Of a stretch of 64,000 bases of DNA, positions 29,510 to 39,703 are shown one piece after another. A program made the position numbers and the translations under genes. Origin of the DNA: a virus (taxonomy: Duplodnaviria; Caudoviricetes); the IMG/VR virus record IMGVR_UViG_2623620512_000004, positions 1-64,000 of that record; one strand, written 5' to 3'. Within the stretch, counting starts at the first letter, position 1. Each line of letters begins with the position of its first letter. The notes beneath the pieces were generated by a model. That model searched no databases. It was not told the origin of the DNA and saw only the letters and a list, made by a program, of their open reading frames with translations.

Positions 29510-30253
29510 TTAGCCTTTAGCCAGAGCCTTGACTTCCTCATCCGACATTTCTTCTTCGTCATCATGGACGGTGTCTGCTCCCTTGCTTCTTACGGCAGGA
29601 GGTGTGCCGAGTTTCTCGAGACCCTTTTCCTGTCTCTCCTTGTTCTCAGCGTCAAGGTCGTTCTGAATCTCGTCCAGATAGTCCTCGAACTCTTCATCAT
29701 CCTTGAATGACATACGGGCGAAAGATTTGAGAGTACGTTCACCGAACTTGCCTGTGTTCTTGACAAGTGCCTCCACCTTGGCCTTGCGGCTGTTGGCAGT
29801 GTTGCCTTGCTTCAGTTCCGTAATTTCGGATTTGAGACCCTTGATGGTTTCGGTCATCTCGCCAAGAAGTTTCTCAATACCAGACTGGTTCTTGTTGCCC
29901 TTACCCTTCTTGTCTTTCTTGGACGGACTCTTACGTGTCGTGGTGGTGTCTGGCTCGTCATCATCATCGTCATCGTCATCATCGTCATCGTCTGAATCGG
30001 CAGGATGGGTGTTAATGTACTCTTGGAGGCGGCGGTCTGCCATTGTCTGAGCAAACTGCAACATAGACGTGGCGGCATCAATCTCATCGTCAATCGCCTT
30101 TGTTACATCTTCGTCAGTGGCATCATCTTCGAGGTCAAGTTTATCGGCAACTTTGGCAGCGATACCCTTTAACTCCTTACGGCTGAACCCGAGTGCCTTA
30201 ATCTCCTTTCTCGTTTTCAGCACTTCCAGAACTTTTTTAAAATACTTGTTCAT
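29510..30253 (-). CDS. Capsid scaffolding protein
   Basis: Highly charged with poly-Asp tract; upstream of decoration/MCP; start re-assigned to MNKYFKK. Confidence 0.65.
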   Translation of the reverse strand: MNKYFKKVLEVLKTRKEIKALGFSRKELKGIAAKVADKLDLEDDATDEDVTKAIDDEIDAATSMLQFAQTMADRRLQEYINTHPADSDDDDDDDDDDDDEPDTTTTRKSPSKKDKKGKGNKNQSGIEKLLGEMTETIKGLKSEITELKQGNTANSRKAKVEALVKNTGKFGERTLKSFARMSFKDDEEFEDYLDEIQNDLDAENKERQEKGLEKLGTPPAVRSKGADTVHDDEEEMSDEEVKALAKG

Positions 30254-30380
30254 TGTGTATAAAATTTTGTTGTTTAAATGGTCTGCGAGTGGGGAACACA
30301 GGCAGACCATCAACAAAAGCACTTCGAGCAAAGTATCATTTGTTCAGTTCTGTCACGTGCACAACACACGCTTTCAGCCG

Positions 30381-30414
30381 CAAAGATAGTTAAACTTATT
30401 TGAAAAACAAATAC
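30381..30414 (-). promoter_or_regulatory. Class B promoter/operator
   Basis: GTATTTGTTTTTCAAAT-N9-TATCTTTG upstream of scaffold/capsid operon. Confidence 0.7.
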
Positions 30415-30504
30415 TTTTCACATTTTTTTTGAGAAAAACATAAAAAAAGGGGCAAAAGTGCCTAAAACACCCTGCTCCTTTGTGCGCTGTGAGGGAAAAT
30501 GTAC

Positions 30505-30828
30505 TTAGCGTTTCGTTTGAGGCCGTTTGCGTTCGCTGTGAGACGTTTTTGGCTCTGAGGTGGCAAATAGGTTGCGGATGGCTTTTTGATTCGCTCTGTG
30601 CTTCGTTAAAAGGACACGGAGAAAAACACGATCGTTGCAGGATGATAGCAATTCATTAAGACTGTCATCATCCAGATTGTCAAACAGGCTGTGGTCGGTA
30701 AAGAAGGCAACGTCCTCTTTCTGGGTTCTGAGGTTCTTCCTTACAACCTTGAAAGTCTGAGGCTCCGATGCGAAGTCATATACGCTGTACTCTGAGCCGT
30801 AGGTGGTGGTCTGTGCTAACAGTGTCAT
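30505..30828 (-). CDS. Hypothetical protein
   Basis: ORF coupled to upstream gene. Confidence 0.5.
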   Translation of the reverse strand: MTLLAQTTTYGSEYSVYDFASEPQTFKVVRKNLRTQKEDVAFFTDHSLFDNLDDDSLNELLSSCNDRVFLRVLLTKHRANQKAIRNLFATSEPKTSHSERKRPQTKR

Positions 30829-31361
30829 CGTATTTCCTCCACATCGTTTAGGGTTGCCTCACCAACGAGGAAAAGGACATCACCATCGTGGGTCTGCCAG
30901 TCGCTCATGAGCACCTTGACCTCATGCTCAATGAAATCGGCCTCTGCCTCTTCCTCAGTACATTCACTCTCTCGCCATTCCCAGTGCTTGAAATTATCCT
31001 TCAGACGGTTCTTGACAAGTTCCTCGGCACCTTTCTCCAAAGCCTGTAGGCTGTTGAAAATACCCATCAGCACCAGACTGTCATTGGAGAGGTGGCTGTC
31101 ACCCTCCCAGATAAGGTACACCTTGTCTTTCTTGGCCATGTCTGCGAACTCCGATGCCAGGACATTGAAGAACATACTCTTGACTTCTTCCTCATTGGCA
31201 TCTGGGTAGTCCGTTCCGATAATCAGCTGACAGTTGCCTGCATTGTTCGACCAGTCAATCATGAAACTGTAGAAACTCCTACCTTCCAGTTTGTCCTTGA
31301 TGGCCTTGCAGTCACTCTCACACAGGTAGCCTAAATCGTTTCCTAAAAATACTTCTATCAT
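30825..31361 (-). CDS. Hypothetical protein
   Basis: 178 aa; AGAGCA-ATG start. Confidence 0.6.
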   Translation of the reverse strand: MIEVFLGNDLGYLCESDCKAIKDKLEGRSFYSFMIDWSNNAGNCQLIIGTDYPDANEEEVKSMFFNVLASEFADMAKKDKVYLIWEGDSHLSNDSLVLMGIFNSLQALEKGAEELVKNRLKDNFKHWEWRESECTEEEAEADFIEHEVKVLMSDWQTHDGDVLFLVGEATLNDVEEIR

Positions 31362-31373
31362 TGCTCTTACAGT

Positions 31374-31568
31374 TTAAAGTTCATCATCATCATAGTCATC
31401 TGATTCTTCCTCTATTTCCTCATCGGCTACCAGACCATCGTATATCTCATCTATTGAATCTGATGGCAGATAGTTACACACTGCGATAGCAACCTTCTCG
31501 CTACCATTCTCTGTGAGCCAGTTATATACTGCCTCTTCCTTCTCACTGTTGAAACCGTTTCTTGTCAT
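31374..31568 (-). CDS. Small acidic hypothetical protein
   Basis: AGAGCA-ATG start; very D/E rich. Confidence 0.6.
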   Translation of the reverse strand: MTRNGFNSEKEEAVYNWLTENGSEKVAIAVCNYLPSDSIDEIYDGLVADEEIEEESDDYDDDEL

Positions 31569-31587
31569 TGCTCTATTCTTTTAAGGG

Positions 31588-31839
31588 TTAATCTTTCAAT
31601 TCTACTGCGGTCATTCCTCCATCCTTGATGTCAAATGCTCTGTTCAGTGCATTCACAAGAGACTTGATCGTTTTCGGGTGCTCTGGGATGGAGGCTTTGT
31701 AGGAGTGGCCAACCTTCAGCGTGTAACTGAAATACTCGGTCAGTTCCTCTACTGTTCCTGTAACTTCCTTAGTCTCTGTGGGGCGGCTACCGAAGAACAT
31801 TCTTGTTCTGGTAAGGGTATAGACTTTCTTCTCTTTCAT
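31588..31839 (-). CDS. Hypothetical protein
   Basis: 83-aa ORF in cassette. Confidence 0.55.
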   Translation of the reverse strand: MKEKKVYTLTRTRMFFGSRPTETKEVTGTVEELTEYFSYTLKVGHSYKASIPEHPKTIKSLVNALNRAFDIKDGGMTAVELKD

Positions 31840-31841
31840 AA

Positions 31842-32147
31842 TCAGATTCGCTTTACTGAGTTAGACATTACGTAGGTCTTAACGGCCAGAGGCAAACAGG
31901 TGTCGTAACTGATGCGAGTGTTGTTCTTTATCTCCCAGACATCTGCTGCATTGCTGCCTTCCAAATCCAGAACGAGCACAAGGAATCCTGCCTGTGCCTT
32001 GTTCATCATCTCCTGCAGGGCATCCAGACAGTTCAATCCTGTGTAGGCTGATTCACGTACCTTTGTGTCTCTGTTGAACGCATAGACGCAAAACTCTCCC
32101 TTGGTCTGCTTGTAATAGTCAAGCACTTTCTTCTGACTGTAATTCAT
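31842..32147 (-). CDS. Hypothetical protein
   Basis: AGAGCA-ATG start. Confidence 0.6.
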   Translation of the reverse strand: MNYSQKKVLDYYKQTKGEFCVYAFNRDTKVRESAYTGLNCLDALQEMMNKAQAGFLVLVLDLEGSNAADVWEIKNNTRISYDTCLPLAVKTYVMSNSVKRI

Positions 32148-32164
32148 TGCTCTTATTCTTTTGG

Positions 32165-32503
32165 TTAAAAATCAATCTTCTCAAATCCGTAGTCATCTAC
32201 GTAGTAGGCTGTTCCGTCCAGAACCACTACGTCTGATACTGAAAGACTGTGGCCAGTGTAACCTTCTGGCTTCTCTCCTTGGAACTTCATGTACAGGTAT
32301 TCGAGAGTGACGATGGCTTCCTCATTCTCACCTACCTCTGTCTGTCCCTCATAGACTTTCTCATACAGGTCGCTGTCGAGTTTGCAGAGGTCACCGCTCA
32401 TGGTGCAAAGGTCATTCTCCTTTACGAAGTCCAAACTTGAAAACATGATGTAACGTCCATTGGGGGCGTCATCCTTAATCTGATAAATGCTGTACGATTT
32501 CAT
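32165..32503 (-). CDS. YodL-domain protein
   Basis: YSIYQI...YEKVYEG...GHSLSVSDVVVL...YYVD..GF. Confidence 0.8.
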   Translation of the reverse strand: MKSYSIYQIKDDAPNGRYIMFSSLDFVKENDLCTMSGDLCKLDSDLYEKVYEGQTEVGENEEAIVTLEYLYMKFQGEKPEGYTGHSLSVSDVVVLDGTAYYVDDYGFEKIDF

Positions 32504-32544
32504 TGCTCTTATACTTTTATATTATTATATGCGGTTTGCACTGG

Positions 32545-32579
32545 CAAAGTTAGCCAATAATTTCTGAATATCAAAACGA
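32545..32579 (-). promoter_or_regulatory. Class A promoter/operator
   Basis: TCGTTTTGATATTCAGAA-N9-TAACTTTG. Confidence 0.75.
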
Positions 32580-32830
32580 TAAAACATTTAATTTCAGTAC
32601 ATTACAGAAGTTTAACGATTGACTTCAAAAGGCCAAATTCATAATTTCTTACAGGATTTTGACAAGAAAATCGAAATTCGCAAGGTGGCCGAAATTTCTT
32701 GCTTGTGGATAAGTATAAAGGGGGTTCGTTTGCGAACTGGCAGGGAACTTTATATTAAGAATTTAACAGGAGGTTAACTTAACTGAGCCTTAACAAAGTT
32801 AATGGGTGTCAAAATGGCCTTTCAGCAGCA
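32580..32830. repeat. Dispersed intergenic repeat copy (core GGATAAGTATAAAGGGGGT)
   Basis: 19-bp core identical at 32707, 43699 and 57362; similar flanks; degenerate copy near 1260-1450. Confidence 0.75.
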
Positions 32831-32871
32831 TCTTGGCACCCATTTATGGTACAGTAAAAATTTTCAACTTG

Positions 32872-33060
32872 CTATTTCTTATTCGAGAATCCGTATGTAC
32901 TATTGATGACAGTTCCTTCCTTGTCATATTCATTGATGGTGAATCTGTAAGCGTCCTTCTCTTCACACGGCTTACCTTCCCTGTCAGTGAAGGAAATCTC
33001 GGCATACTCACCACCATTTGGCGTAGGGCCATCTATTCGTTTTATTAACTTCTTCTCCAT
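32872..33060 (-). CDS. Small protein downstream of MuF fusion (candidate immunity protein)
   Basis: 62 aa; own TAACTTTG promoter box near 33080-33087. Confidence 0.55.
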   Translation of the reverse strand: MEKKLIKRIDGPTPNGGEYAEISFTDREGKPCEEKDAYRFTINEYDKEGTVINSTYGFSNKK

Positions 33061-33127
33061 GAGATATAGTATTTCGTTGCAAAGTTACGATGAATTTTCT
33101 TAAGTTCCAAACGTTTAACGAAGTTTA

Positions 33128-35317
33128 TCAATTATCCAGAATTTCCTTCAAAATCTTGTATCTGTTGGGGAACATCTTCTTGAACCATCCTCTGTCTAAG
33201 TGATACCATTCCATTGATTCAGCAAAGTCCTCGGATGCAGAGTTTTCTCCATAGACAGTAGGAGAAGCGAGGTTACTTTTCTTCTGGTCGAGAGACATAG
33301 CTTCACTCCACCTTTTTCTTCCGCTTACAGAGTGCATCATCCTGTCAATATTGTGGCCTGTCTCATGGTAGAGAGTATTCCTTGCTGTCGTAACCTCTCC
33401 AACGCTGCCTGCCGCTTCTGATGCAGTGTTGCGATAGAAGGTAACAACACCATCACCTCCAGTTGCAAATGAATTGGTGAAATCCTTATAAACTTTCTTC
33501 CAATACACATCGTCTGGATTCTCGAAGTCTGCCAGATGCACCTCCTTGATGGATGCCTGCAACTTATTTGGCAACTGTTCGATTGCTTCTGCTATCTGAT
33601 ATGGTGTGAAGTGTTGGCCATCAGTATTCAAGTCCTCTGGAACGTATATCTTAATACCTCCCCTTGTCTCATATATTGTGCAGTTTCTCTTTGTTCCTTT
33701 TATAGAGAAACCATCAACACGACCAACATTTCTGGCAGTATCTTCGTTGGCATTCTTGGAAACCTTCTTGGTATAAGACTTAGTAGTGCTGTTGATAGTC
33801 TTGACGTCAGAAGTAAAGATGTAACTCTCCCATTTGTCTTTGAGGCCGCTTACAGTTTTCTTCATCTGGGTAATAGCGGTTTTCTTTATTGCCATTACGT
33901 CTATAGGCTTGGCTTTGTACCATTCGTCTAACACTGAGATTGTTTCCTTGCCAACTTCACTATACAGCTTCGCCTGTGACCTCAACTGGCCAATCGTTCT
34001 GATTTTAGAGTTATACGCTTCTGCCTTTTCTATTACCTTTGCTTTGGCGGCTTCGTATTTCTCTTCCCATCCAACAATATCATAGACTTTGTTTATCTTC
34101 AAATCAGATGTGGCAATCCATGTTTCAAAGTCGGATATGTTGACACCGTACTCCTTGGCATTTCGTCTGAGACTTGACAGGGACCAGTTTTCTCCTGTTT
34201 CGTATATTATCCTTCTGTTATTCGCTGCTCTGGTGATTCTTTCAATATCCTCCTTTGTCCTTGCAGCATGGCGTATGGCCGCTGCATCCTTTGGCGTATA
34301 TTTCAAATACTGAGGGTTGTCCTTGATGAAGTAGGGAAGCGTACCTCTATCCTCTGCATCCTCAATTCGTTTCCTATTACTTACTATCCATTCCTTGTAG
34401 TTCTTGGGAACATCAGTAATCATGTCCGGCTTCTCTCCTTCATCCTCCATGTTCCAGTACTCATCCTCGCTCATGATGATGGGGATGGCATAGCACATAT
34501 CGTTAGGGTGCCAACCAGTCCAGACAAAATCCTTCGGGTACTTGCCTGCCAATGAATCACAGATGTCATGTGCAGGATGGCTACCACTCAACTTTATCTC
34601 ATAGCCTGTGATGAAGTCAAACTGCTTCCAACGCTCCTGCTCGGCAGTGCGATAGGCCATGTTGATTTCAGATCGTGCCAGACGGATGCTTCGATACTCG
34701 CAGTCATGGATATTCGCTGCCTTGCCGTAGGTTTCCCAATAGTCATGCTGTAGTGAAGGGTAGTCCTGCAGGTACTTTGAGAGACGTTTTGACAACGTTA
34801 TAGCCGACATTCCCTTCTCGATGGCATTGCTGATGGTGCAGGAAATTGCGGCCTCTGTTTCCCTCGTATATTCGTCAGCCTGTCCCCAGAGTTTGGCAGA
34901 CAGATTCATTCCTCTGTCTCTGCGGTTCTGGAAGGCTTTGAGGGCATCACTGTTCGTCTGGTAGTACTTCTTGAAACGCTTGCCGTGTACCTGCGCCCGA
35001 TAGTGCTTCAATACCTTGTTGGCCAACATATCCTGTATGAGGTTGGACTGCCGCCATTCCTCACCAGTGCCACGCATGATGACAGTCTGCAACTCACCAA
35101 CGAACTGCGCCTGTATGTCCTTGACAGTCTCTCCTAACTCTGGATAGTTGCGGAAGAAAAATTCCGATGAGCCATCATAACCAGAATCAATGGCCAACTC
35201 TGCTACTCGCCTGTTGGCAATATCATATATGCTCTGAACCTGCATGACATATTGTGTCAATCTGGAGTTCAGAGCATTATACGCTTTCTTCTGGTTCGGT
35301 GTCCTTACTCTTGCCAT
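33128..35317 (-). CDS. MuF-like minor head protein with C-terminal zincin metallopeptidase domain
   Basis: RLARSEINMAY, CDSLAGKYPK, WHPNDMC (MuF); YHETGH and YG..SASEDFAES (zincin). Confidence 0.8.
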   Translation of the reverse strand: MARVRTPNQKKAYNALNSRLTQYVMQVQSIYDIANRRVAELAIDSGYDGSSEFFFRNYPELGETVKDIQAQFVGELQTVIMRGTGEEWRQSNLIQDMLANKVLKHYRAQVHGKRFKKYYQTNSDALKAFQNRRDRGMNLSAKLWGQADEYTRETEAAISCTISNAIEKGMSAITLSKRLSKYLQDYPSLQHDYWETYGKAANIHDCEYRSIRLARSEINMAYRTAEQERWKQFDFITGYEIKLSGSHPAHDICDSLAGKYPKDFVWTGWHPNDMCYAIPIIMSEDEYWNMEDEGEKPDMITDVPKNYKEWIVSNRKRIEDAEDRGTLPYFIKDNPQYLKYTPKDAAAIRHAARTKEDIERITRAANNRRIIYETGENWSLSSLRRNAKEYGVNISDFETWIATSDLKINKVYDIVGWEEKYEAAKAKVIEKAEAYNSKIRTIGQLRSQAKLYSEVGKETISVLDEWYKAKPIDVMAIKKTAITQMKKTVSGLKDKWESYIFTSDVKTINSTTKSYTKKVSKNANEDTARNVGRVDGFSIKGTKRNCTIYETRGGIKIYVPEDLNTDGQHFTPYQIAEAIEQLPNKLQASIKEVHLADFENPDDVYWKKVYKDFTNSFATGGDGVVTFYRNTASEAAGSVGEVTTARNTLYHETGHNIDRMMHSVSGRKRWSEAMSLDQKKSNLASPTVYGENSASEDFAESMEWYHLDRGWFKKMFPNRYKILKEILDN

Positions 35318-35703
35318 TAACTTTCTTCCTTTATAAAGTCTGGTTCCGGCATCGTCTGGAGCCTGTAGGCGAGAACGCTTGTCTTACCATCCAGAATGGC
35401 ATGGCAGATGCGATGGTTGCCATCAGCAACATTGCCGTAGTTATCCAGAATGATAGGATATTTCTCATAGTCAGTTTCCAGAACTCTCTTCATCTGCCAG
35501 ACGAAATCATCCATATTATCCAGAGGGAAATACTTGCTTGCCATATCATAGCAGGCAACAGGGTACTCGAACGGTTCCAGTTCTGCTTCATGGCAGGCAC
35601 GTAGAAGGGTGGAGGCATACCACCACTTGTCACCTCTCTGGTAGCGGCTCTCTTCAAACGTCAGTTTGCCATAGGCGATGGCAGGGTATTTACTTGACTT
35701 CAT
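35317..35703 (-). CDS. ParB/Srx-like domain protein
   Basis: YPIILD....ADGNHR motif. Confidence 0.65.
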   Translation of the reverse strand: MKSSKYPAIAYGKLTFEESRYQRGDKWWYASTLLRACHEAELEPFEYPVACYDMASKYFPLDNMDDFVWQMKRVLETDYEKYPIILDNYGNVADGNHRICHAILDGKTSVLAYRLQTMPEPDFIKEES

Positions 35704-35914
35704 TCCTTGGTTTGAAATTGATGCAACTTCTATCACTTAACAGGACGCAGAACTTTCCTTCCTTATAGTGGGGACATCTGCCCATTGTCGGCTCTCCTTT
35801 AAGGTTGAGAGTGTGGAACTTGGTTTCTTCAACCACGTTCGCACACTCCCTACACCTGTGGTTTCCTACATCTTGGCCTTTAGGCTTCCTCGGTATCGGC
35901 TTTCGTGGGGACAT
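35690..35914 (-). CDS. Small Cys-rich hypothetical protein
   Basis: CxxC...C...C pattern; overlaps neighbours. Confidence 0.45.
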   Translation of the reverse strand: MSPRKPIPRKPKGQDVGNHRCRECANVVEETKFHTLNLKGEPTMGRCPHYKEGKFCVLLSDRSCINFKPRNEVK

Positions 35915-36251
35915 AGACGTTCAGCCTTGATTCTACAATGGTCTGGCCGTGCTTGTTGTACGTCCGATACTCTATCAGCTTGGAGGCCGTTTCAAAGATG
36001 GCCTTCTTCTGCTCTTCAAGGATAAGTTCAATGGTTCCAATCCTTGCAGCTTCATGGTTCTTCTCGTTGAACTCTTCCTTATAGCGGTTGATGTCTTTCT
36101 TAGTGATACCCCAAGCAGTACCAATCTGCTGTGCCTTGTAGTGCTTCAACTGCTGAACAAGACGCTTCTGAGCCTCTGGAGTGAGTTTGACGGCAAGCCA
36201 AATCAGCATATTGGCCATTGCCACTCTGATACGTTTGATGAACTTCTTCAT
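35880..36251 (-). CDS. Hypothetical protein
   Basis: 123-aa ORF. Confidence 0.55.
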   Translation of the reverse strand: MKKFIKRIRVAMANMLIWLAVKLTPEAQKRLVQQLKHYKAQQIGTAWGITKKDINRYKEEFNEKNHEAARIGTIELILEEQKKAIFETASKLIEYRTYNKHGQTIVESRLNVYVPTKADTEEA

Positions 36252-36256
36252 AATGC

Positions 36257-37435
36257 TTACTCTTTATCGTACAACTTAACAATCTCTTTGAGGGTGATGT
36301 TATGGTCAAACACCTCAGTAATCATGCTCATGGCATCCTCTCCGAAGATAGGACCATTACACAACTGATGGAAATCCAACTCTCCAAACGAGATATTCAT
36401 TTCAATCAACGTGGGCTCACCATTCTCATTGATAGCGAAGTCCCAAGAGATAAGACGTGAGGCACCATAGAAGCGATAGGCCAGTTTCTCGGCCAGAGCA
36501 ACACACTCCTTGAAGCCAGGAACCTCCATGCCTGCGAACTCGAAGCCCTGCGGATGGCGGTAGTACTTGTTAGCCGCTCCGTCATAGGCAACATCTTTCA
36601 AGTGGCCGTCATCAGTGATACCACAGACGATACCACCACTACTGCAGTTGTCAACACGGCTTCCGTCAACACCCATTCTGAGCACCGATGACAGGGCTTT
36701 CACCTTGCAGTCTCGGAACATGGTCATCACACGGACGGTATTCACACTGGAGCCGTTAATCTTATAGAGTGCAGGGTGCTGTTTGAACACCTCCTGTACA
36801 ATATACTGCTTATAGACGTTCGAGCCTTTGTAGTTCTCTGCGTTCTGGGTGTAGATGTAGTCAAGGAGCGATTCAACGCTGTCCGTCTCTGCATTCCAGA
36901 ACTTGACACCATGGCCACCCCAAGAGCCGATAGCAGATTTGACGATGACTTCCTTCGCATCCTTGCAAATCTTGATGAACTCTTCCAGAGAGATAGGCGA
37001 ATAGTCAGCACCGAGATATACACCGTCCATCTTACGAGCGAGGGTCTTAGGACGGTTCACGTCTGGGAAATACATATCGTACAGGTTCTTGTCATCAAGG
37101 GCTGTACTGCGCTGTGGATTGGTGAGGTATTCGTCAATGAACGCATAGAAGAAACTGTCTGGAATGTAGTACTTCAACTTCGACTTGTCTTTCTCGACAG
37201 CGTTATACACATCGTAATACTTCATGTTCAGAAGGCCATCGTGCCACATCAGCTTCTTTTCCCAGAAGGCCTTGATTTCCTTGGCCTGCTCTGCACTGAT
37301 GGGTGCGAGGTTGTTACGCTTCTGCTCTACTAAGGTGTCATAGGTTGCCAATCTCTGGATGGCGATTTTCTCAGAAAAGTCCTGCCGTGACACATAAGAC
37401 AGTTCCTCTGAGTTGATGATGTCTTTTACATTCAT
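36257..37435 (-). CDS. Sugar-transfer-associated ATP-grasp protein
   Basis: LDDKN, GSWGGHGV, QHP...SVNTVRVMT, VDNCSSGG, ISWDFAI, LIEMN. Confidence 0.8.
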   Translation of the reverse strand: MNVKDIINSEELSYVSRQDFSEKIAIQRLATYDTLVEQKRNNLAPISAEQAKEIKAFWEKKLMWHDGLLNMKYYDVYNAVEKDKSKLKYYIPDSFFYAFIDEYLTNPQRSTALDDKNLYDMYFPDVNRPKTLARKMDGVYLGADYSPISLEEFIKICKDAKEVIVKSAIGSWGGHGVKFWNAETDSVESLLDYIYTQNAENYKGSNVYKQYIVQEVFKQHPALYKINGSSVNTVRVMTMFRDCKVKALSSVLRMGVDGSRVDNCSSGGIVCGITDDGHLKDVAYDGAANKYYRHPQGFEFAGMEVPGFKECVALAEKLAYRFYGASRLISWDFAINENGEPTLIEMNISFGELDFHQLCNGPIFGEDAMSMITEVFDHNITLKEIVKLYDKE

Positions 37436-37471
37436 ACTTAACTTCGTTTAATTTAACAATATCATTGCTCT

Positions 37472-38923
37472 TTACATTACTTGCTCTCCAATGGAGAAAG
37501 CGGTGGCCCTGTTTTCAGAGGCGGTCTTTTCCTCCTTCTGAATCTGTTCAAGGGTGGCCTGTGCATCGTCACTCTCACCGAAACGCTGAATAGATTCAAG
37601 TTGGCTCTCGATAGCCTTACCACCGTTGGCCTTCATGCGTCTGTTAATCTCGGCCATCTCATCATTCTGGATAAATGGAGTGATGACGTGCTCAACGTCA
37701 ATATTATCAATATCGTTCTTCCACTCCTTGGGACCGAATACTTTGAGGAAAGCCTTGATGACGTTGCACTCACGCTCCAAAAACTCGATCCATGCGCCAG
37801 CCTCATCACCTATCTTCAAGTGGGCATCGGTCAACATGGTCTGACGTGCATCAAAGCCGATATTACCAAGGCCCTTCATGTTCTCAAACGAAATGTCCGG
37901 CATCTGAGCCTGCATCCAGTAGAGTTTGAGCATGGTATCAACATGATACTTCAAAGCCTCGATAGCCTGCGACCAAGAGACGTAGGACACATCACCGCCA
38001 TTCTCTGTACGGAATATCCTTCGGCTCTCACCCTTATCCTCACTGCCCTTGATGCCACCAGAGATTTTCAGTACTGGTGCGCTGTTGTAGGCAATAACAT
38101 TCGAGTTACGAGAGAGGGTGTATTCTATCTCTTCTCTGAGGCCAGTCAGTCCGTCATAGGCAGGAACATTACGATAGGCATAAACGCCAGGAATCTTCAT
38201 CAGAACGATTTCCTCACCAGAAACCTCACCTTCCTCTGATTCCTCATGAAGCACCTCTACCCATCCACCGTCTGAAAGTTCCTGCTTCCAGATGTAGTGG
38301 CGGTTATCGGTATAAGTCTCAAAGAAGGTTACTTCCTCTCCGTTGGCATCTTTCTTCTTATACTCTAACGACATGGCCAACATATCGTCAAGTTCGTCAA
38401 TGAGAGGGTACAGTTTCACACCGTCCATCGGTGAGTACGTCTTGCACTTCAACTTGAAGTTGCTTTCAAAGCCATAGAGCGTGTTCTTCTGCTTGACGGC
38501 ATACCAGACAGTGAATATCTCACAGGATGCGTAGTAGGACAGCGCACGTTTCAAGTTCACACTGTCTATACGAACATTCTTGTAGATGGCTTCAATGGCC
38601 TTGACAATGGCCTGCTTCTTATCGTCTGGCTTGCCATCCTCCTTGGTGACGTTCGAATAGACACGCTTAACAGGGATGGCGAAGGTAAACTCAGCCATGC
38701 GTCTCGACAACAGCTTTTCAAGTCCGATGTAGATTCTGGAGGACTTTTCAAGACCCTTATCCTTCAACGCGATCGTATCACTACAAACCTTGTGCATGGT
38801 AGGCTCATAGTCCTTGATACAATCCTTCCAATCCTTGACAGGAACGGTTTTCTGCTTCAACGCAGTTACTATGGCTCCGTTATCGCCACTCGTAAAGTCT
38901 ATGTACTTCGATATATCGCCCAT
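37472..38923 (-). CDS. Portal protein (SPP1 gp6-like)
   Basis: Size and position in head module; start re-assigned to MGDISKY downstream of promoter. Confidence 0.8.
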   Translation of the reverse strand: MGDISKYIDFTSGDNGAIVTALKQKTVPVKDWKDCIKDYEPTMHKVCSDTIALKDKGLEKSSRIYIGLEKLLSRRMAEFTFAIPVKRVYSNVTKEDGKPDDKKQAIVKAIEAIYKNVRIDSVNLKRALSYYASCEIFTVWYAVKQKNTLYGFESNFKLKCKTYSPMDGVKLYPLIDELDDMLAMSLEYKKKDANGEEVTFFETYTDNRHYIWKQELSDGGWVEVLHEESEEGEVSGEEIVLMKIPGVYAYRNVPAYDGLTGLREEIEYTLSRNSNVIAYNSAPVLKISGGIKGSEDKGESRRIFRTENGGDVSYVSWSQAIEALKYHVDTMLKLYWMQAQMPDISFENMKGLGNIGFDARQTMLTDAHLKIGDEAGAWIEFLERECNVIKAFLKVFGPKEWKNDIDNIDVEHVITPFIQNDEMAEINRRMKANGGKAIESQLESIQRFGESDDAQATLEQIQKEEKTASENRATAFSIGEQVM

Positions 38924-38949
38924 CTTTGTGACTTTTGTAATTACGGTCG

Positions 38950-38983
38950 CAAAGTTAGTTAAAATCATTTGAAAAACAAATAC
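38950..38983 (-). promoter_or_regulatory. Class B promoter/operator
   Basis: GTATTTGTTTTTCAAAT-N9-TAACTTTG upstream of portal. Confidence 0.7.
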
Positions 38984-39370
38984 TTTTCACACTTTTTTTG
39001 AAAAAGCCGTTTAAATTCGCTGTGAGACGTTTGTTTTTCTGGGGTGGGTAGTTATAAGGATGAAGGGGTAAAAACTCGCTGTGGACTTCGGAATCCTTTT
39101 TATTTCCTGCGTTTTCTGTAAGGTAATAAGAGTGCGCTTTGGATATTCGAGGTTTTCGCCCTCCTGCTTTGCAGTTTCGCTCTGCCACACTGTGTCGCTT
39201 GTGGATGCGGATAGTCTCTGGCTAACCATCAATGCCTGCGCTTTCAAGTGCCTTTTGTTTATGGAGAGAGCCACTTCAAAGGCTACCGAAAATACGGATA
39301 ACTCTCCTTGCTGATTTCTCAGCCGAACGTTCGTTGTGGATGGCCAGAACGTTGAATCTGGCCGTACCGC

Positions 39371-39700
39371 CTATACGGATTCACCCTTCTTCAAATTCTT
39401 TGGGCTTTCTAACTGGTCGCAGATGGCAACCCTCTTACCTACACGTATCAGTTTAGGCAGGTAAACGTCTAACGCATGATGAGGAAACGCTGTCTCTTTC
39501 CTGCCATTGTGCATGGAGAGCGTTATTCCGAGAATCTTTTCACAGGCCTCTGCATCCTGCTCATACGCCTCATAGTAGTCACCGCAACGGAACAGTAAAA
39601 CTGCGTCTGGATATTTCTCCTTGAACTCATAGAACTGCTTCAATGCAGGTGTCAGTTCTATCTTGATGTTCGACTTGCTGATATTGATTTTCTCTGCCAT
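39371..39700 (-). CDS. Stand-alone MutS domain I (mismatch-binding domain) protein
   Basis: [26 protein letters not shown]...[26 protein letters not shown]. Confidence 0.85.
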   Translation of the reverse strand: MAEKINISKSNIKIELTPALKQFYEFKEKYPDAVLLFRCGDYYEAYEQDAEACEKILGITLSMHNGRKETAFPHHALDVYLPKLIRVGKRVAICDQLESPKNLKKGESV

Positions 39701-39703
39701 AAC

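Noticed and set aside
29955-29992. (TCA/TCG)n trinucleotide repeat
   Set aside because: Encodes the poly-Asp linker of the scaffold protein; not an array or contingency locus
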